From positions 98,229 through 162,228 of the forward strand of contig JBDTWD010000001.1 in NCBI GenBank assembly GCA_040006915.1: 64,000 nt of DNA, given 5' to 3'. A program made the position numbers and the translations under genes. How positions within the stretch are numbered: position 1 is the first letter of the stretch; each line of letters starts with the position of its first letter. Below the pieces are notes generated by a model. That model saw only the letters and a program-made list of their open reading frames with translations, was not told the origin of the DNA and searched no databases. This document shows positions 1 through 9,051 of the stretch, one piece after another. This DNA comes from Candidatus Woesebacteria bacterium. Its GTDB lineage: Bacteria > Patescibacteriota > Microgenomatia > UBA1400 > UBA12028.

Positions 1-378
1 GTGGTTATTGATGTGGTAAAGCATGTGCATCAAGATCGCAATATCAAACTTGGCTACATACTCTGGCCAGATGTTATCCGAATAGATTCTATAATCCAGC
101 TCTTTGCATTCAAGACATGAGTTATGCTTTACAATATCTAGAGCAGCATAGTGGTTGTCTGGATATGCATCCATAAGCTGACGAATAAAAGAGCAGTTCC
201 CAGCGCCAACATCAATGATGCTCTTTTTTTTAGGTTCACCCAGCTGGTCGAGCAATAGATCTCTTATTGAAAATTTTCTATTTGAGTACCTTTTCAAAAA
301 CTGACCTCTCGAGATAATCTGATGATCATTTGTATACAGATCGACTAAAAATGATGGATCTTGGAAAGTACTCATTCG
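1..378 (-). CDS. class I SAM-dependent methyltransferase (N-terminal part; gene continues beyond window start)
   Basis: Minus-strand ORF starts at ATG 376-378 and runs off the edge. Translation MSTFQDPSFLVDLY...IIDVGAGNCSFIRQL carries the glycine-rich SAM-binding motif I (DVGAGxC). It is not in the ORF track because it is truncated by the window edge. Confidence 0.6.
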
Positions 379-2100
379 TTACTTTTCTATTAGTATTTTT
401 TCATTAAAGATGATTGCATCCATCGCCGATGAGTAAAAAGTCTGCAGTGCCTCAGTTGGGGTATTAGCAATGGGAAACCCGCGCAAGTTCATTGAGGTAT
501 TAATAAGCAAAGGAACACCAGTTTTGGTCTCAAAACTCTCTAATAAATTAGTTAGAAAATCATCACTTTCATTTATGATTTGAATCCTACAAGTCCCATC
601 TTCATGAACCAGAGAAGGTATTTTTTTTATCCAATCTTTTTTAACTTCGTAGACATAGGTCATATAGGGACCTTCTTTATATTTGCTGTTGTGTACGAGG
701 AAACAATCAATCTTCTTGGGCAACGCAAAACCACCATATGGTCTGAAATGCTCTCGAAATTTAACTTTGTCATTCAAGTGATCTCTCATTTTAATTGAGA
801 TAGGACTAGCCAAAATGCTGCGATTACAAAGAGCGCGTGGACCACATTCCATTCTTCCCCGAAAGAGACCTACGACCTTGTTCTCCGATAGTTTTTCAAC
901 ACAATACTTTACCGGACTATTGAGAATTTTGTATGCTATCTGGTTATTTTTTAGAATAGAAATAATACTTTCTGTTTCATAGTCAGGACCAAGAAAAGCA
1001 CTATCGGTCGTTTCTGGAAGCTTACCTAAAAGCTTATAATGCAAATTTACGGCGGCTCCAATGGAACATCCCGCGTCATGAGGAATCGGAGGGACAAAAA
1101 AATGATGATTAGTATATTTATTTGTAGCCAATCCATTCATTACACTGTTTTGTGCCACACCACCGGTGAGAACAATGTTTTTTGTATAACGAGACAGATA
1201 ATCGAGTTGATGAAACTCAATTGTTTCGAGTGAGGCTTGCAAAGCGTGGGCGATGTCAAAATGAATTTGTTTCAACTTATCTCTACTCTTGCGTGCAAAT
1301 CCAAAGGTTTGGTAAAATTTCTTGCTTAATCGCTTTCCTTTGGGTTGGAAACTACGCTTGCTTATTAAATTATTACATAATTTGAACTTTCCATTACCTT
1401 TGAGATCAAACCCTTTTCTAAAAAAACCTGTATACTTATTTGTTCCATAGCTTGCCAATGCCATGACCCGTCCTTCCCCTTCTCCTCTCTTAAAGCCCAA
1501 GAATTCGGTTACTGCACCATACAGATAGCCTAATGAATGGGGATCATGCTGAACGATTAAGTTGTGTTCAACAATTTCGCCCTCATCTAATTGAAATTTT
1601 GTAGCCAAAGTACTAATACTTTCTCCTACGCTGTCGTTTGAAAGTACAATACATTCTGAAAAGCCTGAAGCATAATACCCATACCAAATATGAGTAAGAT
1701 GATGATTCATAAAGTAGACTTTGGCGGTGCTATTGCCAAGATACCTATTCAGAAGATATGCATTCGTTACAAATCCAAGCAGCCAAACAATTTCAAAGTA
1801 GAATCTTCCACTCAAGAAAATGGAAGGGTCGATAAAAAGCATGAATGGATTGTTATTCAAAAAATAGGCTGCAATACATTCTTTAGGATTAAAGTAGAAA
1901 GCGACATCAGTCACATCTTGAATAGTACACTTTGATTTCTGCAAACAATAGTCAATGGACAGTGTGGGAAAAGCCCCTGTATGTTTGACACCGTTGAATC
2001 TTTCTTCTTCACAAAATGCAACCAGTTTATTATCCATAATAAGGCAGGCTGAAGAATCATGATTGAAAGCTACAATACCAAGAATTATGTTTTTTTTCAT
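379..2100 (-). CDS. carbamoyltransferase, NodU/CmcH/TobZ family
   Basis: 573-aa ORF. The N-terminus (ILGIVAFNHDSSACLIMDNKLVAFCEEERFNGVKH) and overall length fit the NodU/CmcH carbamoyltransferase family. The start overlaps the upstream ORF by 4 nt (2097-2100). Confidence 0.75.
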   Translation of the reverse strand: MKKNIILGIVAFNHDSSACLIMDNKLVAFCEEERFNGVKHTGAFPTLSIDYCLQKSKCTIQDVTDVAFYFNPKECIAAYFLNNNPFMLFIDPSIFLSGRFYFEIVWLLGFVTNAYLLNRYLGNSTAKVYFMNHHLTHIWYGYYASGFSECIVLSNDSVGESISTLATKFQLDEGEIVEHNLIVQHDPHSLGYLYGAVTEFLGFKRGEGEGRVMALASYGTNKYTGFFRKGFDLKGNGKFKLCNNLISKRSFQPKGKRLSKKFYQTFGFARKSRDKLKQIHFDIAHALQASLETIEFHQLDYLSRYTKNIVLTGGVAQNSVMNGLATNKYTNHHFFVPPIPHDAGCSIGAAVNLHYKLLGKLPETTDSAFLGPDYETESIISILKNNQIAYKILNSPVKYCVEKLSENKVVGLFRGRMECGPRALCNRSILASPISIKMRDHLNDKVKFREHFRPYGGFALPKKIDCFLVHNSKYKEGPYMTYVYEVKKDWIKKIPSLVHEDGTCRIQIINESDDFLTNLLESFETKTGVPLLINTSMNLRGFPIANTPTEALQTFYSSAMDAIIFNEKILIEK

Positions 2101-2765
2101 ATTTGCTTCTGACTAAAATCATTGTCAAAAATATTTTGAGCAATTTCCTCATAGTTATTATTATCAAGATTCACAATTTCCGTATTGATAGAGCCACTAA
2201 ATTGATGAGCAAAATTCACAATGTTTTCTTGCCATAAAATATAATCCGAGCAAACTGTTTTGATTCCACCACGAGCATTAATATAGTCAGCCCAACCTTT
2301 ATTCCTATGCTTCAGTGTCTGGGAAACATTCTTTTCAATATTTTGCGAACTAAGCGTAAAAATGTATTGTTTTATATTCATTTTATTCATGTGTTTAAAA
2401 TGTTTGGCAATTTTTTTCAAGCCATAGCCCTCTACAAGACTGGGTTGAGTTGCTAAATATGTAAGGATAAATCTTTCTATCGTAACAAAAGCTTCCGCCC
2501 CTCTTGGATCGAGAGCAAACTTGGAACGAATAAGCATTTTATGATATACGTCTAAACTTTTGATAAGAGTGGTTATGTGTTTTTGTACCATTAATCCACT
2601 TATTTCATGATTTTCGACAGCCTGCTCAAGCATCCTTTGAGTGTAATGCTCACTAATAAAAAGTTTGGAAGAAGAGAACTTATTCTCAAGAATTTTATTC
2701 TGTAAGATTTTTAATACAGATGTTTTGCCCGCTGAGGCAACTCCATCAATAATGATGCCTTGCAT
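2097..2765 (-). CDS. P-loop NTPase / small-molecule kinase-like protein
   Basis: 222 aa with Walker A GVASAGKTS near the N-terminus. Translationally coupled (4-nt overlap) to the downstream carbamoyltransferase. Confidence 0.5.
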   Translation of the reverse strand: MQGIIIDGVASAGKTSVLKILQNKILENKFSSSKLFISEHYTQRMLEQAVENHEISGLMVQKHITTLIKSLDVYHKMLIRSKFALDPRGAEAFVTIERFILTYLATQPSLVEGYGLKKIAKHFKHMNKMNIKQYIFTLSSQNIEKNVSQTLKHRNKGWADYINARGGIKTVCSDYILWQENIVNFAHQFSGSINTEIVNLDNNNYEEIAQNIFDNDFSQKQI

Positions 2766-2928
2766 ATAAATATACTTTCAGAGTTGTTGAATATTATTCC
2801 TCATTATTAAATTGCCGTAATATTACCACATTTTCCCGAATACGATTCGTGTGATTTGACGTCTCTGGGTAGCCGCTTAATATGGTCCGTCACCTCAGGT
2901 TTTTTAAAATAAATCCGACAAATCTGAC

Positions 2929-3084
2929 CCAAACATTCACTGGAATCAAATTATTAGTATGAGAAATAAGTTAGCACATGAATATTGGGATATTGATAAA
3001 GAGATCGTTTGGATTGCTGCTACAACAGCGGCACCAGCTCTAAAAGAACAACTCTTAGATTTGCAAAGTAGAATTGGACAGTAA
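2929..3084 (+). pseudogene. HepT-like (HEPN, RX4HXY) toxin C-terminal fragment
   Basis: Frame reads PNIHWNQIISMRNKLAHEYWDIDKEIVWIAATTAAPALKEQLLDLQSRIGQ*. It carries the HepT RnxxxHxY motif and the C-terminal helix. There is an in-frame stop at 2926-2928 just upstream, so the N-terminal two thirds are missing. Stop TAA 3082-3084 abuts repeat copy L1. Confidence 0.5.
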
Positions 3085-3103
3085 ATAGGTTCGCACATCC
3101 TCC
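3085..3103 (+). repeat. cassette-array repeat copy L1 (partial: first 19 nt only, ATAGGTTCGCACATCCTCC)
   Basis: Matches the first half of the consensus, then diverges. Starts immediately after the TAA of the HepT fragment. Confidence 0.6.
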
Positions 3104-3127
3104 CGTATTGCGTGCATACTAAGAGAA

Positions 3128-3598
3128 ATGAAAGGCTTGCCCAAACTTATTATTTCCGTCGTTGGCTGTGAGACTATCGGGTTCTTAGGAACACCGTTTA
3201 CCATCTCTGCCATTCCCACTTGGTACGTGACACTGAACAAACCATTCTTTGCTCCACCGAGTTGGATTTTTGGACCGGTCTGGACGATTTTGTACTTATT
3301 CATGGGAGTATCGTTGTACCTGATTTGGAAACAAGGCTATCAAAAAAAAAGAGTGAAGATTGCTTGTCTGTTTTTTCTGGCACAACTTGGTCTAAACTTT
3401 ATCTGGTCTCCAATTTTCTTTGGGCTACGAGCGCCACTGTTGGGATTAGTGGTGATTGTGGCAATGTGGGTGTTTATTGTGATGACGATGAGAAAGTTCT
3501 ATCCACTCTCAAAACCGGCATTCTATCTACTCGTACCGTATCTGCTGTGGGTGAGCTTCGCAACTCTGCTGAATGCGGCTATAGTTCTCTTAAATTAA
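3128..3598 (+). CDS. tspO: TspO/MBR family tryptophan-rich sensory protein
   Basis: 156 aa, 5 TM segments, Trp-rich. Hallmark motif WYxxLxKPxFxPPxWxFGPVWTxLY is present. Confidence 0.85.
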   Translation: MKGLPKLIISVVGCETIGFLGTPFTISAIPTWYVTLNKPFFAPPSWIFGPVWTILYLFMGVSLYLIWKQGYQKKRVKIACLFFLAQLGLNFIWSPIFFGLRAPLLGLVVIVAMWVFIVMTMRKFYPLSKPAFYLLVPYLLWVSFATLLNAAIVLLN

Positions 3599-3613
3599 TG
3601 AAAGGAAACATCT

Positions 3614-3997
3614 ATGACTGGATTTGTACAAAATATTGAAAAAATAACGCTAGCAAATGAGTATTTTCGGCAAGTTCTCTACACAGGTCAACACGCACAA
3701 CTGGTAGTGATGTCACTGAAACCACAAGAAGATATTGGAGTAGAGGTGCACGAAATTGTTGATCAATTCCTACGCGTTGAAGTGGGTGAAGGCAAAGTCA
3801 TTATGAATGGTGAAGAACATATTGTTACCGATGGTGACGCCTTTGTGGTTCCAGCCGGAACGCAACACAACGTCATCAATACGTCTTCGGAAAAACCTCT
3901 CAAACTCTACACAGTGTATTCTCCACCGCACCACAAGGATGGCACTGTACACAAAACCAAACAGGAAGCTGAAAGCGACAAAGAGAATCACTTATAA
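3614..3997 (+). CDS. cupin domain protein
   Basis: 127 aa with cupin motifs (GxxxxxHxHxxxxE-like region VEVHEIVDQF; second motif PAGTQHNVIN). Lies 15 nt downstream of tspO. Confidence 0.65.
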   Translation: MTGFVQNIEKITLANEYFRQVLYTGQHAQLVVMSLKPQEDIGVEVHEIVDQFLRVEVGEGKVIMNGEEHIVTDGDAFVVPAGTQHNVINTSSEKPLKLYTVYSPPHHKDGTVHKTKQEAESDKENHL

Positions 3998-4371
3998 ATC
4001 TGGTGTTTTTTGAATCAAGCAATTGCGAAATGATGTTGGCAAGTTCTCTGCATCGGTGAGCACATGCAAAAGTGGAATGAGATCAAGGAGCTACAAAAAA
4101 CTCTAACGTAAGTGATAGTTTAGCTGATGACTGTATGATTATTTGAAATGAAGTGTTCGTAAAATAAATGCGATAAATCTCTTTAATATTGAAGCTTCTG
4201 GAGATCGAGCCAAAACATATAGACTTGGGGATGATTCCGGTGGATTCGTTACTTCCGCAAATGTTTTGTTTCGTGGAGGAGTTTATCTGTGACCACGAGC
4301 TTCAGATTTCTTTTTATCGAAGATGCCGAATACTATTTTTTTGACATGGGTGAACACGACGAAATATATAA

Positions 4372-4407
4372 ATAGGTTCTGACATCCTCCAGCTCAAGTT
4401 TTGCAAA
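4372..4407 (+). repeat. cassette-array repeat copy L2 (ATAGGTTCTGACATCCTCCAGCTCAAGTTTTGCAAA)
   Basis: Full-length copy. Follows a 375-nt non-coding stretch after the cupin gene and abuts the stop (4408-4410) of the reverse-oriented gene 4408..5190. Confidence 0.75.
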
Positions 4408-5190
4408 TTAATCATCGAATGAAAGCAGATCGTCAATAGACAGAGAGTTTGGATCTTTCCCAAGTTTATTTACAATGTTGGCCCTAAGTATTTCACCTTC
4501 TTTCTCCATTTGAACGGTACCTTCTTCCAGTTCTTCTTGTGCCTGTCGATCTTCTACAGCCATCTCTTCCTCTGTAGGATTTGTGTTTTGTATACGCGTA
4601 AAGATAAATAAGCTGTCCCCTGAGATCTCACTTTTAAACTGTGTATTTGACTTGTCATCTGACAAAAAAGCGGCGGAAATAGCTGGGGCATTCTCAAAAA
4701 AGAGGTGTATGTCAGCGTTCATTTTTTCGTTTGAATTGCCTGTCACAATACCCACGCATTCAAAATCAGGATTAGAAGCAATATTTCTGGCATTCCATTG
4801 ATAATTATTTGCGAGTACGTATCCGCCAACTTTAAGTTGGAGTACGGCTCGTTGTTCATTGAAGGCAGCATTGCTCAAGACGACAATATCAAGTGGAGCG
4901 TCAGGTCTAAAAGCATCCACTGAAGCCACGTGAGTCTCAAACCCCTTTTGCTCCAGAGGAAGCAGGCCGTTCGGGTCAGTATCTACGTGTATAACTCGAG
5001 CGTTTGAAAAGAAATGCGCTACACTGACATCATTTGAACTGCCTGGATAGTAGATGACATCTGTTGATGGCTTGAAGTGGTTTATAAATTCCTGTAAAAA
5101 AGGCGCTGACAAATTGGTCGGATAAAACTCCTGCTCATTCGGTTCTGGCTGAACATCATATGATTTTTCACTCATGAATCTATTATACAA
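4408..5190 (-). CDS. hypothetical protein (acidic C-terminal tail)
   Basis: 260-aa ORF. It is the only unit gene oriented opposite to its flanking repeats. No recognisable motif. Confidence 0.5.
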   Translation of the reverse strand: MYNRFMSEKSYDVQPEPNEQEFYPTNLSAPFLQEFINHFKPSTDVIYYPGSSNDVSVAHFFSNARVIHVDTDPNGLLPLEQKGFETHVASVDAFRPDAPLDIVVLSNAAFNEQRAVLQLKVGGYVLANNYQWNARNIASNPDFECVGIVTGNSNEKMNADIHLFFENAPAISAAFLSDDKSNTQFKSEISGDSLFIFTRIQNTNPTEEEMAVEDRQAQEELEEGTVQMEKEGEILRANIVNKLGKDPNSLSIDDLLSFDD

Positions 5191-5252
5191 TAAAAAAGAA
5201 TCTACCCTAGAGTATTGGTCTTCTGAAAATACTCCTCCTACGCCCTACAACG

Positions 5253-5288
5253 TAGGTTCGGACATCCTCCAACTCAAGCCCCGCAAAA
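5253..5288 (+). repeat. cassette-array repeat copy L3 (TAGGTTCGGACATCCTCCAACTCAAGCCCCGCAAAA)
   Basis: Full-length copy, preceded by the small inverted repeat CCTACG..CGTAGG. Confidence 0.75.
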
Positions 5289-5332
5289 CCTTTTTCCTCG
5301 AGTGAAATCCTCTTTTCTTTAAAATCCTACGC

Positions 5333-5361
5333 TTGACACTGTGTAAGTGAGTATATACAAT
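5333..5361 (+). promoter_or_regulatory. sigma70-like promoter upstream of brnT (TTGACA-17-TACAAT)
   Basis: TTGACA 5333-5338, 17-nt spacer, TACAAT 5356-5361. ATG at 5368 implies a very short or leaderless 5' end. Confidence 0.4.
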
Positions 5362-5367
5362 TAATCT

Positions 5368-5658
5368 ATGATTAGCTTAAAGGAACCTGTTGAATTCGAA
5401 TGGGATGAGGCAAATCAGGATAAAAACTGGAAAAAACATAAAGTTTCTATCTCAGAAGCGGAAGAAGTCTTTTTAGATAAGAGAAAAAAGATCTCAAAAG
5501 ATTTTTTCCATTCAGAGACTGAGGATCGATATATTCTAATTGGGATGACAAAAAGTGAAAGAGCGTTATTAGTCATATTTACTAGACGGAAAGATAAAGT
5601 GAGGGTTATCTCAGCGAGAGATTTGAATAAAAGGGAGCAGTTCTTATTACATATATAG
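5368..5658 (+). CDS. brnT: BrnT family toxin (DUF497 RNase)
   Basis: 96 aa with FEWDExKxxxNxxKH and the C-terminal RVISAR motif typical of BrnT. Confidence 0.75.
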   Translation: MISLKEPVEFEWDEANQDKNWKKHKVSISEAEEVFLDKRKKISKDFFHSETEDRYILIGMTKSERALLVIFTRRKDKVRVISARDLNKREQFLLHI

Positions 5659-5666
5659 GGAGTTTT

Positions 5667-5930
5667 ATGAAGAAAAAACTTGTGTTGCCCCATTTTAAAA
5701 ATGAAGATGATGAGAGAGACTTCTGGGCGAAAATAAACTTGGCTGATTATTTTGATCCTAGCGATTTTCAACCAGTGTCTTTTCCAAATCTAAAGCCAAC
5801 CTCAAAATCAGTTTCAATCCGAATTCCTGAATTTCTCTTGAATAGGATAAAAGAGGAGGCAAATCAGATAAACGTCCCTTATCAATCTCTTATTAAAAGC
5901 TCACTACAAGACAGATTTTTAAGTAAATAG
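5667..5930 (+). CDS. brnA: BrnA family antitoxin (RHH-like)
   Basis: 87 aa with the EDDERDFW...DYFDPSDF...IPEFLLNRIKEEANQINVPYQSLIKSSL pattern of BrnA. Starts 8 nt after brnT. Its TAG stop (5928-5930) is the first 3 nt of repeat L4. Confidence 0.7.
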   Translation: MKKKLVLPHFKNEDDERDFWAKINLADYFDPSDFQPVSFPNLKPTSKSVSIRIPEFLLNRIKEEANQINVPYQSLIKSSLQDRFLSK

Positions 5931-5963
5931 GTTCGAACATCCTCCAACTCAAGCCTTGCAAAC
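5928..5963 (+). repeat. cassette-array repeat copy L4 (TAGGTTCGAACATCCTCCAACTCAAGCCTTGCAAAC)
   Basis: Full-length copy overlapping the brnA stop codon. Confidence 0.75.
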
Positions 5964-6005
5964 GGGGTCTTTTCATGTAGATACCTCTGATATACTCCGA
6001 TATAT

Positions 6006-6614
6006 ATGAAATCAATGAATCAAAAAGTAAAAGAAGGTTACAACCGAGCGGCTAACGCTTATTCAAATAAGTTTCGTGATCAATTCAAAAGTAACCGTCA
6101 CCTAGACATGCTGATTCAGAAGTTGGAAAAGGGTTCAACCATTGTAGATATTGGATGCGGGAGCGGCGCACCCATCGATGCATATTTAGTACGACATGGA
6201 TTTGCAGTGACAGGTATCGACATTTCAGAAGAGCAAATCAAGCTTGCAAAGGAAAATGTTCCTGAGGCAACCTATGAAGTAATGGATATGTCTGATCTTA
6301 AAAAAGAGCAATTTCAGGTCGATGCCGTGGTGTCATTCTATGCATTGTTTCATATTCCACGTGAACAGCATTTGCATGTAGTGCAACTCATGAGGTCTTT
6401 CCTGAGACCGAACGGGTTACTACTCATTACTATGGGAGCGAGTGAGTGGGAGGGAAAAGATGATGACTTTTGTGGTACTGAAATGTATTGGAGTCATTTT
6501 GGTGTTGAGCAGAATAAAGAGCTTATTACTACAGCAGGATTTTCAATCTTATTTGATGAGATTGATACGACAGGAGATGAAAAACATCTCATTGTTCTTG
6601 CGAGGGCGGTATAG
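6006..6614 (+). CDS. class I SAM-dependent methyltransferase
   Basis: 202 aa. Motif I VDIGCGSGAP, motif II acidic residue (GIDISEE) and motif post-I AVVSFYALFH are present. Confidence 0.75.
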   Translation: MKSMNQKVKEGYNRAANAYSNKFRDQFKSNRHLDMLIQKLEKGSTIVDIGCGSGAPIDAYLVRHGFAVTGIDISEEQIKLAKENVPEATYEVMDMSDLKKEQFQVDAVVSFYALFHIPREQHLHVVQLMRSFLRPNGLLLITMGASEWEGKDDDFCGTEMYWSHFGVEQNKELITTAGFSILFDEIDTTGDEKHLIVLARAV

Positions 6615-6704
6615 TCTTGTCCAAAAAGATGGGCATTTGCATTTTCCACTCATCCCTGCATCCATGAGATATGAAAGTGTTTTCCGTTCGGTGAGTCATG
6701 AATC

Positions 6705-6929
6705 CTACAAATGAGTGAGATGTTCTTTTATGAGTGCTCCTGCAGTAGGAGAGACAGCAAGTTTGTATTTCGTATCAACCTCATCAAAGGGAACAAAGCC
6801 TACCCATTCCGTACGTGGATCTGTTGGTGTCCCTCTATCACTAGTCATCTCTGCTTGATAATACATTTGTAAGGATTGATGAAAGCCTGTCTTTGGGTGA
6901 TAGAACCAATCCACGACAGAAAACAGCAA
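6705..6929 (-). pseudogene. NUDIX hydrolase C-terminal fragment (likely remnant)
   Basis: The 74-aa ORF resembles only the C-terminal region of Nudix proteins (EWVGFVPFDEV...). No Nudix box is present upstream. Confidence 0.3.
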
Positions 6930-6941
6930 TTGTCCGTATTT

Positions 6942-7259
6942 TTATTTTCGAACTCTGCTTACTTCAAGTAGATTGAATATCGTCCACATCAACCAATTCC
7001 CACAATCAATTTGAGCCCTGCTCTCACCCAAACTTTTTCTTTCTCTTATTTTATCTTCGACAAGTTCCACTCCTCTTTTATATGCATCGTCTTCTGTATC
7101 CCCATCCTTGAGAGCACTCCTCCCTAAAACTTCAAATGCTAAATCAAGAAAAGCAGGGTCTGCATCATAAGGGGCACCATCAATTCCTCTTCCACCTGCC
7201 CAATATGAAGCTTCCTCAACCTGTTTTGCTGTTTGAATAAGTTCCTCTCGTCTAATCAT
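6942..7259 (-). CDS. hypothetical protein
   Basis: 105-aa acidic ORF in the hinge between the two repeat blocks. No motif. Confidence 0.4.
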   Translation of the reverse strand: MIRREELIQTAKQVEEASYWAGGRGIDGAPYDADPAFLDLAFEVLGRSALKDGDTEDDAYKRGVELVEDKIRERKSLGESRAQIDCGNWLMWTIFNLLEVSRVRK

Positions 7260-7347
7260 TATGCGATTATATCAAAATAGATCAGAGGGACGGAAGGAAT
7301 AAGTTCAAAATAGGACCTATTTTTGAATAACGTATCAATTTAATTCT

Positions 7348-7395
7348 TAGGTTCGAGCCTACTTTGCAGGGCTTAGTAGAGGACGTCAGAACCTA
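7348..7395 (-). repeat. cassette-array repeat copy R1, extended form (coding strand TAGGTTCTGACGTCCTCTACTAAGCCCTGCAAAGTAGGCTCGAACCTA)
   Basis: Terminal inverted arms TAGGTTC...GAACCTA. The distal arm AGGTTCGAGCC equals the T-arm of tRNA-Val at 63.8 kb. The first 3 nt are the TAG stop of gene 7393..7662. Confidence 0.75.
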
Positions 7396-7662
7396 CATGT
7401 TATGCAGTGCATAATTCTGAAGGAGTGTTCCATACATGAGAAAAGTCTCCGCTTCATCTAGTCCTACTTGTGAAGTCTTACTCACTTCTTTTGCAATGTC
7501 TTTTATATACTGTTTTTCAGCAACTAGTTCTAGTCGAGAAGACCATCGCTTTGCCTCAATTAAAAACTTATTAGCTGCGGTATGTGATCCTCGCTGCTTT
7601 AAACTTGCAATACGATATAAGTCATTTGATAGTGAACCAACAAGCATCTGGACATCGGTCAT
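7393..7662 (-). CDS. hypothetical protein, downstream member of an overlapping two-gene pair (possible toxin)
   Basis: 89-aa helical ORF. Its start overlaps the stop of 7659..7997 as ATGA. The stop lies within repeat R1. Confidence 0.45.
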   Translation of the reverse strand: MTDVQMLVGSLSNDLYRIASLKQRGSHTAANKFLIEAKRWSSRLELVAEKQYIKDIAKEVSKTSQVGLDEAETFLMYGTLLQNYALHNM

Positions 7663-7997
7663 AGAATCTCGCTAAAGAAAAATTCAGTTAATTTTTTATA
7701 TTCCTCACGCAATTTTTCGCTCTGAATTTCATTTTTCGTATTGTTATCTCTAGGTCGGATATTAATAAATGAGTTAAAATCTATCTCCTTTGTTTCAAGA
7801 TCTATGCCTCCACCCCAAATCATATGCTGATCTGACCCTTGTTCTAGAAGAATTTGTTCGCCCTCAAAATGTCTATTCATTCCAGAACTACACACTTTAT
7901 TTTCAACATCGATAACAGTTTTTATATACACTTCAAACTGCTCTTTTAACTGCTCAATCTCTTCAGGAGTAAATGGACTGGTCTTTGTGATTATCAT
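7659..7997 (-). CDS. hypothetical protein, upstream member of the two-gene pair (possible antitoxin)
   Basis: 112-aa acidic ORF with a 4-nt overlap to the downstream gene. Confidence 0.45.
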   Translation of the reverse strand: MIITKTSPFTPEEIEQLKEQFEVYIKTVIDVENKVCSSGMNRHFEGEQILLEQGSDQHMIWGGGIDLETKEIDFNSFINIRPRDNNTKNEIQSEKLREEYKKLTEFFFSEIL

Positions 7998-8040
7998 TAC
8001 CAGGATGATAGCAAAAGAACTATAAAGAAGGAATGTGTGT

Positions 8041-8063
8041 TTAGTAGAGGACGTCAGAACCTA
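8041..8063 (-). repeat. cassette-array repeat copy R2 (truncated: TTAGTAGAGGACGTCAGAACCTA; lacks the TTTGCAGGGC half)
   Basis: Matches the GGACGTCAGAACCTA half exactly. Confidence 0.7.
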
Positions 8064-8099
8064 TTTCAACAATTTCCAATGCCTAACTCTTGTTTAAAA

Positions 8100-8942
8100 T
8101 TATCTATTTTTTGAGATTGAAATTGTGGCAGTTGCATAAAAAATTGCATCTTTCGAGTTATATTGAGGAATGGAAAATAATTTATCATCGTAAAACTTTA
8201 TTTTCATTTTTGTTGGCTGGTTCATAGGCTGATGTCTTCCTTTAACTAAATAATAAACCCATTCATCGTCTGCCCAATATGTTGTTACTAGAACCAACTT
8301 TCCCAGTTGTAGTGCAATTTTATAAGAGTTATCCCCTCCTTTTTTAAGTTCACTCTCTGTTATAGTGTTATCAATCCCCATCCATAGAGAATTGTTCTCA
8401 AGATGACTATATCGTTTACTAGGTTCGTGCATTGTGGCCGTAACTAACACATGCTCAGGAATCTTACCTTCATAGAGTAGATTGTAGTGTTCAGGAGGAA
8501 CCACTTTAAAGTAGTTAGTGGCACTATTTAAAACGATTGATGTCTTGAACGTCCACTTTGTAATTAAATCTTTCTCAGATTGAGAAAGATTAATTATTTC
8601 CCTGCTACCCCTAATTAATGGCTTAAGTATATCTAAAGTAGTATCTTCAAGTAATTTCATCCACCCACCATTACAATATCCACATACACCACCTGCTAGA
8701 AAACTGTTCATGAATTGAAAATCTCTTTCTTCAGTGTTTTTATCTTCAAGTGGGCTATAGACGGTCAAACTTATTCGCAAGTTTTCAATGCCGAGATATG
8801 TAATTAACCAATGAGGGATCACATGTTCTTTTTTTCTATTAGACTTACCTAGTTTGCAATTACAAAATAGACATGTAGACCTATCTTCTCTTTCTTTTGG
8901 CTTTGTACTGGAGTGGAGATACTTTTCATCTACGAGTGGCAT
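8100..8942 (-). CDS. HNH-motif protein (CxxC...EHVIPHW...CxYCN) with an uncharacterised C-terminal domain
   Basis: 280-aa ORF. The N-terminus (CLFCNC, KEHVIPHWL, CGYCNGGW) resembles an HNH endonuclease zinc-finger core. The rest has no assignable motif. Confidence 0.5.
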   Translation of the reverse strand: MPLVDEKYLHSSTKPKEREDRSTCLFCNCKLGKSNRKKEHVIPHWLITYLGIENLRISLTVYSPLEDKNTEERDFQFMNSFLAGGVCGYCNGGWMKLLEDTTLDILKPLIRGSREIINLSQSEKDLITKWTFKTSIVLNSATNYFKVVPPEHYNLLYEGKIPEHVLVTATMHEPSKRYSHLENNSLWMGIDNTITESELKKGGDNSYKIALQLGKLVLVTTYWADDEWVYYLVKGRHQPMNQPTKMKIKFYDDKLFSIPQYNSKDAIFYATATISISKNR

Positions 8943-9051
8943 AATTTATTATTATAGAATTGTTGAACCTTGTTTTGAATACTTCGAAGAATATAGATGT
9001 AATACATGGAGAAATTGTGGTTCACTACAATTATGAACGAAAGTGAACTAA

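Noticed and set aside
580-1935. Plus-strand ORFs (580..798, 1039..1233, 1182..1385, 1690..1935) inside the carbamoyltransferase gene
   Set aside because: They are antisense shadow ORFs within a long, well-supported minus-strand gene. No motifs, and low-complexity translations.
3220-3639. 139-aa alternative-frame ORF overlapping tspO
   Set aside because: It overlaps the strongly supported TspO frame on the same strand; TspO motifs are in the other frame.
6683-6712. Possible degenerate twelfth repeat copy (GTTCGG..CAT..TCCT) after the methyltransferase gene
   Set aside because: Only scattered matches to the consensus. It cannot be distinguished from chance without an alignment tool.
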